From Octopus vulgaris (lineage: Eukaryota): DNA of 64,000 nucleotides. Below the pieces are notes generated by a model, which saw only the letters and a program-made list of their open reading frames with translations, did not search any database and was not told the origin of the DNA. Both the position numbers and the translations under genes were made by a program. Location of the stretch: assembly GCA_951406725.2 (NCBI GenBank), contig OX597816.1, positions 109,430,001-109,494,000 of the forward strand, given 5' to 3'. Below, one piece after another: positions 24,492 to 35,549 of this stretch (position 1 is the stretch's first letter; every line of letters begins with the position of its first letter).

Positions 24492-26876
24492 CTTACATAT
24501 GTGATACGCGCACGTACACACGCACACACAGATGATGCACATAAGTACATATGTGTGTGTATACAGGTACTAACAGTGTACATCTCTGTAAATATTGCAG
24601 GAAAGCATAGTAATTCGGCTTACCTGTTTTGAACAGAACTAAGCATTTTTTGGAGACAATGCCCAAGGCCAATCATAACGACATGAATTACAATCAATAT
24701 AATCTACTTCATTCTGGTAAGAATGCATATTTTACTGACATCAAAGAAATAAATGAAAAATCGATGACTGGCAGGTTTGAAATCCAAGCTTTGATGTTGT
24801 TTTTTAACACCCATTGGAACCTGATCAAGCAAACATATGATTAATGTCATACCAGCAGTGATCATATTGTCTTTGTTTTATTTTCCTTTCAGTCATGATA
24901 TTCCTTGTGATATATTATCAAATACAGCCTTTCTTTTCGAGAAGTTAGGATTTGCTTTTCTATCATTCTAACGTAGATTTTCTTCGTTGGCTGGTAAAGT
25001 TTACAGTTTTAAATGTTTTTAGATGCCAGCAATATATAAAAAAGCATTACTCTACTTCTGTTTCTCAATATATTCTTAAGAGTCTGTATTACATCATTTA
25101 AACTAAACTAGAGAACTTTGTTTCGCAAGGTATGCTTTATTTGATGTTGTTACTTAAATGCATGAGAACTGAGCTACAGTCAAAAGCTTTCCTACCATGA
25201 TCATCACACTATTCATTGCATATCTAGGGCTACATTATCAAATTTGACCTTTCCTTTTTTCAAGATGGTAGGGGGTAATTTTTGTCAGACTTTATTCAGT
25301 AATATTTTTTAGTAAAGTTAAATAAAGTGTTATGATTTACAGGGCTGTTGTAAGTTATTTCAGGGAGATTTTGTTCCTGTTTCTTCCAGGCCGAGTGATA
25401 ACCAAGCGGGTTCCATGTTGGCTCAATTTTCAAAGGTTAACTGAGGAACTGGTGATTGTGAATATGTATTGCTCAATGCAGTAGTTGTTGCTGTTGTTGT
25501 TGTAGTCGTAGTAGTACTAGTAGTCAGGAGGTCGGGAAATTAACACGTATTCAAAAGGACCTAATTAACGAAAACTGATCGTATTTATAGCAGCTTCGAA
25601 AATTCCCGGGCAAAAAACAAACATACAAACACACACAGATATACACAACACACACAGATATACACAACACACACAGATATACACAACACACACGCACACA
25701 CACACGCACACACACATACACATACACAGACACATACACATACACATACACACAGAACCTTAGCAATGCAAATCAGCGTTGGTTAATTTCGATGGACCCG
25801 TTAATGGCTCCTACTAGCTGTTCATGTTTGTTGAAGTCCTGACAGTGTGCGGTGAAGAAGCAGGACAACATTTACATCACATGGAATCATTATGACAGAG
25901 TGAATGTGAATAATGATATAAATTTGAATTACAACTTGTTGAACATATTTATGTCTGTAGAATGTCAGAAATGACAAGTGAATAAATAAACTGGAAGCAA
26001 ATTTAGTCGCAGAATAATTTATCAGGTTTCAAATCGGAAATTAAAACGTTGGGAACTAATTTAACTTCTTCCACCAAAATCGTAATATAAAAGAAACTTT
26101 AAGAAACATTTCCCACCACCCAAAAATAAAATTAGCTGAGTAAATGAACGCAGCTTCTATTGATTTGACATAGAGAACTAACCGATCTTATGTGCATTCA
26201 TTCAACCCTAGTAGCCTTCGAAGCGAATCATGCGTATCTTTTGACTGGTTCTAGACGATACCAATCGGTGAACAAAACCGATATTTCCTCATGTTTAGCA
26301 TCACGTTCTTTGAATATCAATAGACTTTCGATATTTATTCCCCCCACCCCAACCATTCTCCTCTGCTCTATACATAGTTCACTTTTGTCATAATTTTACT
26401 GACTGGAACCAAATGCTAAATCGATTTACTACGATTCTTTTCGTTTTTGCTATATGAACCTATTCTTGAGTGAGAAGAAAATTCCATCATGTCTACGTAG
26501 ATGAGAAAACTAAGTCTTAGTGTTAGATCGTTGATTTCACAAACATGCTCTCCCTCTCTCTGTCTCTGTCTCTCTCTCTCTCCACCTCTCTATATCTTTT
26601 TCGCAAACCACCGAGAGAGTCGCTATGGGGTCGCCTAAAAGAAGTAGCAGCTAAATCTCCCTATACCTTACACAGTCTTAACTAAAAGTGATAAATTGTA
26701 CACTGGAGGGATGGATTATTGTGGAATGCATTTAACCATAGTTCTGTTCTATCAAGTCTGGCTAAATAATAGCTGCAATAAACTCGCTATGCCATTCTCT
26801 CTCACTCGCTTTCACTGCTCTTTTCTTAAATATCTGAAGTAGACAGATTAATTCCTTACCGCGTTTTCGTCTACAG

Positions 26877-27117
26877 CAGTGGTTCCCAAAGTGGGTGGTA
26901 TTGCACCCCACGGCGGCGGGGGAGGCGGTGGAAAGTTCCAAGGAAGCGTTGAAGGAAAGTGAGGTAATAATGGAGTAGCGATTTTTAGTTGTGAAATACA
27001 GTTACTTTGAATTTGCTTCAGAAAGAGGCCTATGTTTGTGATAGTTGGGGTGGGGGCGCTAGGAATATGGCTAGGGTGTCACGGGGGCAGCAGCCAGAAG
27101 AAGTTTGAGAACCACTG
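26877..27117. mobile_element. Non-autonomous hAT (Charlie-like) MITE, 241 bp
   Basis: TIRs cagtggttcccaaa and tttgagaaccactg. 8-bp TSD gtctacag (26869-26876) versus ctctacaa (27118-27125), resembling the NTCTAGAN target. Confidence 0.9.
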
Positions 27118-27415
27118 CTCTACAATATATTCTTCGTTTTTATAAAGATTATTCCACATCGTAAACTACGGACACACCACACTATTTTTGCAGTTAGTTC
27201 TATCTGTGATCCAGTGTTTTGCTTACCTTTTTAAAAGCTCGCCGAACAGAGTAAGGTTCTGTTTCGGTGACTCAAAGCGTGTCCATACGGCAGCACAACA
27301 CTCACTTGATAGTACCACAAGTGAAAGATAAATAGAAACCATTAACATTTCGAATGAACTATTTATGTATTAATATAATAAATCTAAATAGATATGCAAT
27401 ATACATATATGCATT

Positions 27416-27625
27416 GGTGCAAGCATGGCTGTGTGGTTAAGAAAATCTCTTCGCAAATACATGGCTTCGAATTCAGGCCCACTGTGTGCCACTTCGGCAA
27501 GTGTCTTTTGCTATGGCCCCATGCTGACCAAAGCGTTTTGAATGAATTTGGCGAAAGAGACTAAGACTAAAAGAGGTCCGACGTGTTTATATAAATATGT
27601 GTATATGAATATAAACGTGTGTGTG
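27416..27625 (+). mobile_element. 5' half of a tRNA-derived SINE; the 3' half resumes at about 28341-28575
   Basis: ggtgcaagcatggctgtgtggttaagaa...gaattcaggcccactgtgtgccacttcggcaagtgtctt...gaccaaagc, same family as 17905-18137. Confidence 0.75.
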
Positions 27626-28338
27626 TGAGCCAGGGCCCCAAATCGAGAGTATGGAGCGAAAACGCCTGAAATCGTTAGGAATTCAAGACTCAATTTTCAT
27701 CAGAAAATGTGATGTTGACCGGTTTTGGGAAGCTATAGTGAAATGTTGGCCAACAAACCGCAACCAGAAATTCGCACCGAGATCTATTGCCAACGCAAGT
27801 GTGATTGCGCACGAAAATGTACAGTCACATACGGCCGCTCACACGGTTGAAAGTACTGAAAGATTGTGTTTCTAGTTGATAGAATATTCTGAATACTGTC
27901 TAGATCTTGACCCATCCGACTATCACCTGTTTAGACCATCCAAACACCCTTTATGAGTTCTATATTGAAGAGATGAGGAATTATGTACATTACTTACATT
28001 CGACGGATACTTGTCCTCATCGTGTTTGGTGTTAACACAACGTTTCGGCTGATATATCCTCCAGTCTTCTTCAGGTGTCTGGGGGAAATTTCGAACCTGG
28101 GTTCTCATTCCTATGAGAATCCTTTATGAGGTCGTCGATTTGCTACGGACACAGAAGCGCAGGAAGCAGTGCATAATGACTGCGTGACCGGCTGAAAACC
28201 TTCTACGACAATAGAATTATAAACTTGTGGACTGCTGGAAGACGTGCGTCGAAAAGCAAGGAAACTATATCGAAAAATATGCTTTTGGTTTATTAAATTT
28301 CAGAAATAAGAGTGCGTATAATTTTTGAGTTACTCTTG
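27626..28338 (+). mobile_element. Mariner 3' remnant (DD34D catalytic region plus right TIR), interrupted at about 27958-28120
   Basis: HENVQSHTAAHT...YCLDLDPSDYHLF (YSPDLAPSDYHLF motif) and a C-terminal LVDCWKTCVEKQGNYIEK. Ends agtgcgtataatttttgagttactcttg|TA. Confidence 0.85.
28035..28078 (-). ncRNA. Minimal type I hammerhead ribozyme with an intact core, in a Penelope-like short insertion
   Basis: Minus strand reads acac-CTGAAGA-a-gactg-gaggatatat-cagcc-GAAA-cg-TT-gtgt. Stem I is 4/4 paired, stem II 4/5, stem III is the palindrome AACGTT, and the cleavage triplet is GUU. Confidence 0.7.
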
Positions 28339-28753
28339 TATATTTGTGTGTGCGCTTGTTTTTGTAACCCACCACCGGTTGGCACCTGTGTTGGATTGTT
28401 TACGTTCCGGTAACTTATCAATACAATAATACCAGATTTAAAAGAATAAGTATTGGGTTAATTTGTTTGTCAAAAAGCCCTTATATGTGTATGTGTCTTT
28501 GTGTTTGTTCCCCCACCACTTGAAAACCGGTGTTGTTTTGTTTGCGTTCCCATAACTTAGTGGTTTGGAAAAGCAGTGTACATTAAACATTGAGGCTGCT
28601 TGTTTATTCCATTAGAGATGAAGAACAAGGATCTTGAAACGTACGACACACACGTATGCGCGTGCACACACGTACACTCACACATGTGTGTGTGTATGTG
28701 TGTGTGTATGTGTGTGTGTACGTGTGTGTGTGTGTGTATGTATGTATATGCCT

Positions 28754-28816
28754 TAATAATTGATGAGATGCCGGAGCAGACTTCAGCCCCGGAGTCCGAA
28801 ACTCTGAGTTTTATTA
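28754..28816 (+). ncRNA. Type I hammerhead-like motif with a long stem II and a C3>U variant
   Basis: taataa-TTGATGA-gatgccgg...ccggagtcc-GAAA-ctc-t-gag-TT-ttatta. Stem I is 6/6 paired; stem III is 3 bp with a 1-nt loop. Confidence 0.55.
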
Positions 28817-29011
28817 TGACAACTAAGTGTCACATATTATATACACGTTATTAAAACCATGCAACCTGGGATTTTAAGTTTCACCTGACAGCACACAAGC
28901 AAGCACCCATATATAAATGTGTGTGTATATGGACTATATGCATTATAAATACACAAACCCCCACACAAACATATATAATACAAACTTTATAACAATTTAT
29001 ACTAATTTATT

Positions 29012-29350
29012 TCTCTCTATATAAACGGCAGTTTGTCTGTCTGTGTGTCTGTGTGTCTGTCAGGTTGTACCCTCACCCTGACCACGGCTTTCAACCGATT
29101 CTGATGAAACTTGACACACATATAGCCCAATGTCATAATTCAAAACTAACGCAGCGAAAATATTGAAAAGTTCCCCCAGTTCTGAAAAAAATCGATAAAG
29201 TCGACATGGGTCGAGAATCTAAGCTTTTTATATGCAACGCATTTTCTACAGACTGTCTAGAGGACGCAACTCGACTTTTTTAACTCTCGGAACACGTGGA
29301 GTAAGTATCCCAAAATGTATAAAAATGTACAAAAACGGCAAAAAAGCGGG
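29012..29350 (+). mobile_element. Non-autonomous Helitron/Helentron (DINE-like) 5' region
   Basis: Starts TCtctctatataaa, then a GTCT-type microsatellite and acggctttcaaccgattctgatgaaacttgacaca, typical of DINE-1/Lep1-like elements. The 3' end was not located. Confidence 0.5.
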
Positions 29351-29704
29351 CAGCAATGTGAGTGACAACAACGAAAAAGTCAAAAGTGACCAAACTGATC
29401 AAACGAATGGAAAAGGTTTTTTGGTGCACACGACAAAAGCGGTTTATAATAAACCAAGAGTTTGCAAGTAGCGTCCGAGGACCCTTAGGGTACGTCAAAA
29501 ATTTAAGGTAAAACGTTTGGGGTGGTAGTTATAAAGAAAGTGTAAACAAAAAAAGTATTCGAATAACTTTTAGAGCCATTTGGCGTCTATTTGTAGCGCA
29601 CTGGTGTGGTTTATCCCCACCCTTTAATATAATTATATAATTATGAATTAGCAAATATATATATATATGTGTGTGTGTATCTAGAGAGAGAGAGAGAGAG
29701 AGAG

Positions 29705-29749
<45 letters not shown>

Positions 29750-32376
29750 AAGAAAGAGGGAGGTATATGTACATTTATAATTCATATGTTTATATATGTC
29801 TCCATATATACTTATTTCTGCACATATCTGTGATCTGTGTATGCACGTATATGTATTTGCATATATAAATGTATGTATATATCTCTTGTAGAAATTCAGT
29901 TTCCGTTTTAAGTCAGGTGTGATGAGGTTCTGACTAAAGTATGCACTCCCAAATCAACAGAAAACGAGTAAATCATGCGCTTTCTTGCACTTATTAATCT
30001 CTATTTCCCGCGCACTCATACACAGAGAACTACATAAAAAGGTTTAGCTATGTTTTACGTGTGTATGTATTCCGAATTAATGCCAAAAACTATATTATTG
30101 ATAATTTCATGTTGTGTATGTTTATAAAATGTTGAAGGTATAACAGCCAATTATAATTAATTGGGAATACGATTATCGATAGATCAAAGTATATAAATGA
30201 GTGTGTGTATATATATGTGTGTATGTAGGTACGTAGTTATGCACTTTTGTGTATGTGTATATATGAAATCCCATAAATATAAACCCAATACAGGCATATA
30301 CATACGTACTTACATAAATGAATACATACATTCATGCATGCACATATATATGTGTGTATGTGTATGAGTGTGTATGTGTGTGCATGTGTATGTGTGTGTA
30401 TGCGTGTGTATGTTAAACTCAAATCCTATGATCCGTAAAAGAGAATCCTTGTATCAATAAGGCTAATCAACCATCAATGGTAGCACACATGCATACAGGC
30501 ATACATACATACACACACATACATATATACATAAATAAACATATATATGAGTATGAATGATGTGTGTATGCGTGCATACGCTGTATACACGTACACACGC
30601 ACACTTATATACATACACGTGTGTGCGCATGTTTGTGCGTTTTTGAATGTGTGTATATAAGCTGATCAGATTATATGCAGTGCTGTAAATCTTATTAGCC
30701 AGTTTAATGTTGAGCCTTTTATATTCACTAATTGCTTACCGAATTAGTTAGGAGAAACTGTATTAGATATTTGTTATGTTTTGTTTAACGCTATAAGAGA
30801 AAGTAGAGTTTGGGCTTTCAACTACATCTCTCTAGTGATTCATCACTGAAAAATTGGGTTGTTAAGTTTATGATCAAATGTTAATATAGGGTGAATGGTT
30901 ATTATTAAGAACGTACATCAACTGATAACTAGGTATCGCTATTTTTTCGTATTTTAATGGCGCTTGTGTGGAATGAATGAACATTGTGCAAAATAAATGC
31001 TACCGGTTATTCATCTTTATGTAAGTTTATATAAAAATTTTGTTGGAGAGTAATAGGAATCAAAAGGCTGCTAATTAGATGTTAGGGGTGAATACGCAAA
31101 TTGGATATAATATCAATATTTGTCATTGGAACGGTTTGGGTGCTCTTCTATTTGCTTGTATTCTTTAAATGAACGTAACCTTTCCAGTGTATTCGTTTAT
31201 ATATGCATATAAGCGGACAACTGGCAGAGTCGTTAGATTGTCGGATTGGTTTCTTTGAGGTAGGTAACTGTTCCAGCCCTCCGCATTTTGATGTCGAATT
31301 CCGGCGAAGTCCAATTCGTCTTTCATCCTTTTGAAGTATATAGATAAAGTATCAATACTGAATCGACTTTTTATCTAGATCTTTCTTTCTGTATTTTTTT
31401 TTTCAAGAAATCGATTGCAGTCAAACCTGGAGGAGATGGTCTCCTTCACGTCTAAATTGCGCAAAATATGTCGAATGTGGTGACAGTACCCTTGATAACC
31501 CATCAATGACCTGGGAACACAGAATGACATGCAGGAGTTTGTTACATTTAGAAATGTAATATATTTTCATGTGTGTATGTATTTATTGTGTATTAATACA
31601 CCTTTCTATCCATTCACTTCTCTCACTCTTACTTTCTCGGTTTCTCTCTGTATATCTCTACACATGAATACAATCACAAGTGTATACGCATACATATATG
31701 CTTGTATGTCTGTCTGTACATTATTTCGTTGTTGGAGTATAGCTGAGGATAACATTGAAGAAAGATACTTCAACAGTTTGTACGCTTTTATTATTTGAGA
31801 CAATCAGTTGTGATATACTACACTTAGCAGGTCGAGCGACCATGTAGAGGTCTTTTCGTTGCCTTGTCTGCATGAACGTACCGGATGACAGACTAGGCGT
31901 TGCTGACAACAACGGTACGACCTATTTGATGGGAACTAAGAACCTATCAAAGAGAACAACGAGGTTAATGTGATACAAATGGAGAAGAACAATAATAGCT
32001 GGTTGATTGGTATATTTTTAGCTGTACTAAATTCGGTGACAGGAAAGGGCGTGTCTCTTTAGCATAATGTCTGAGGGGGTCGAATGCTTCATTTTATGTA
32101 GGCGAATTTTTAATTGTTTCTCTTAGATATGATAATTGGTGTAAAGTTTAGTCTAATGTAAGATGACACTTCTAGGGTTGTTGGGGACTACAAATAGAAT
32201 ATTTGTGTGTCGTCCGTTACATGAGAGGAATTCTTAGAGATTAGGAGATTTTTGGCGTAGTTATTGCATGATTTACTTACTTTTTCGGGTATTCGTGTTT
32301 CAGCAAGAATATGATTAGCTATATTACGAGAGTGTATGTGTGAGTATGCATGTATGTATGTATATTATATACACAC

Positions 32377-32423
<47 letters not shown>

Positions 32424-32507
32424 TATACGTATATACATACATGCATACACCCATATACATATATATACATACATATATATAAATATATATATACACATTA
32501 TAATATA

Positions 32508-32550
<43 letters not shown>

Positions 32551-32982
32551 TATATGGGTACAGGACGTCACCAATAGTAAACAACATAAAATACGAAAGC
32601 AAATTAGTTAAAGACGCAAATAACGAAAGAAAAGGACAAGTAATACAAAGAATGACCCTTCAGCAGTTGTCGGCTGTCTATCTACTCTCCATTTCAAGCA
32701 ATCAACACAATATGAGTCTTCGAAGCCAGTTGCTCCCCATGAATATCAATGAATCTAGAACACATTACCCACCAAGGAAGGTTATAATGTAGACATTGGT
32801 ACAGAATTTGGCACCACATGTATATCCAGGAGTCGTGATCTAGATGCAGTCTGGCCTCTACAGTGTGAGGGCCGAAACACTTGCATTAGGGGTACTTCTT
32901 ATCTGTAAACCTGCTGTTCGAATCTTGTTAGAGTTTGTTACTAGTATAGATACTCACACACACACACACACGCGCGCGCGCG

Positions 32983-33014
<32 letters not shown>

Positions 33015-34319
33015 CTACACACTTAATATACATTGGAAAATTAACTTATAATGAATGCTCGATTCACTAGAATTAACATTAATAATGAAAATTAAAAGGG
33101 AGTTGTAGTAATAAGATAATGCGTTTGGAGCGTCCTCCTGTGTTAATGTATGTACCCTTAGAGGACGTATTTTCTAGAAATGCTTAGTGAGAATTTCTTT
33201 CGACTAGTTCCGCTTGTATTGAGACAATAATTTGGCACTTTCGAGAGAAGCGAACAGCCATACACTTGATAGGTTCAGGTGGGACGAAATCTATGCCCTT
33301 AATTCTCTTGTGCCCAAAGTCACAACAAACAGCAAATTGGAAGTGCTCAACTTAACCGAAGTGACATTAAACCAATCTGAATTGTTCCTAAAATATGGTC
33401 GCAATAATTGAAACCATTTAAAAATAAAGAATATATTATATTTTATATGTGCATACAGTCTGAGCGGGTTCAGGTTGCGTGTGTGATATCAGATTGAAGT
33501 ATTCAGACTATATAGGTCTATTAAATATCTATATAATATTCTGTATACAGTTTTCCAGAAATACTTATACTGAAAATCAGAGCGAGATACATCAGTGTAT
33601 GCGGATGAAGAAATGTTTGTGAAATTCAAGTGTTTTCTTTCATAGAATTATGAAAAAAATATTCAGAAAGGAAATATTTAAAGCTTTCTGTTATCTGCAT
33701 GCATGATTTATCTAAAAATTATCTACGCGATAAATCGTCAGTATAATGAATAAATATATCGAAGTTTCATCTAATTAATTAAGATATGTTTATTTACTTC
33801 ACGTCTAGAAGTGAAGTATTTGTAATAAATATTCGCGTCCAATCTAGATAAAGTTTTACGGGGTATGTCTGTCTACGTAATAATATTCTATAAGTTATGT
33901 CAACTATGAGTAACTAGTTTAGAGAAGGTGTAAACTATCTACCACCATTTCTGGCTGTGTGCATCTAGACAATGGTTTCATGCTATTAAAATCTAGCCTG
34001 TACCTGTGTAAAGAGAAAGGATCAATTTAATGTTGATAGTATGTGAATGGTTAACATACCTAGAAGCAGTATCTGTTTTCTTAACAACGAAAGACCATGT
34101 TTCAGTGATCGAAATTTAGCTGTGCTCGTCGTCGTAGACAGGAGGAAAAAATATTTACATACTGTATATATTCAATTAGTACGATTCTATTTTAGTCAGC
34201 TATTCAGATTTAAGAGAAATTTTAAAGTAGATTTCCATTGCTATTTTCAATCACAGGAGTAGAGATAATTAATTTTGCAGTGAAACTCGCGCGAAGACGG
34301 GGAATAAGCAACATAAATA

Positions 34320-34404
<85 letters not shown>

Positions 34405-34908
34405 AACAACTTAGCAGAAACACCTGAAAAAAAGCATAAAGGAAACAAAATAAGTGAGAACAAATGAAAATCGTAACCAAAAATATAACTAGAGAAAGAC
34501 ATTAAGAATATATAAACGGAATGAAAGAGAAAATAGAAAAATAAAATGAAATGTTAGATTTGATGAATGAGGTAGGGTTATTTTACTTGTAAGTAAATGA
34601 CAGCTTTATTGAAGAATGCGGTAGAGTTTTGTCGAGCGAACATTTCATTGGTCCACATTACTGTCACTTTGGATTGATCTCTGGATGAAAAGATGGCTTA
34701 CAGTCTGTGTATTCATTTGTCGAGTTAGTTACGTGAATTCCTGAGATGGTGATAAATCTACTGATATATTCCAACATTGCCATGAAATACACCTTTCAAC
34801 ACCACCAACAATACCATCAACAACGCCACCATTAACTTCACTAACAACGCCATACATAGACACACACACACATGGGTGGATATAGACGTTTCTCTACATC
34901 ATCCTACT

Positions 34909-35010
<102 letters not shown>

Positions 35011-35452
35011 CATGTATATATATGTATGTATTTATGTATGTATATATATATATATATATATATTTCATGTAGGATAAAATTTTTTCGAAAAAAAAAATTA
35101 TCAATGACCAGCATATTAAAAATACCTTTAAAGGTTAAATTTATAAACAACTTATAAATAAGGGTAAACGAGAAAATTTATATATATATATATGTATGTA
35201 TATATGTAGTTATATACATCTATCTATCTATACACACACATATATATATATGCTCGAAATGAGAAGTAGATAGGCAGCCGACTACTGATGAAGAGACGTT
35301 TTTTATGTTAGTTGTCCTGTTTTCCATTTGTTTTTCTCGTTGTTTGCTTATTCAACTCATTTGTTTTCGTATTTACTGTATGTAACGTCCTGTACCCATA
35401 TATGCAGATACATACATACATACATACATACATACATACATACATACATACA

Positions 35453-35483
<31 letters not shown>

Positions 35484-35549
35484 GTATTACTTATATTATT
35501 ATTTGATTGAAAGTCATTTCGAAGTATATATATATCTATATATATAATC

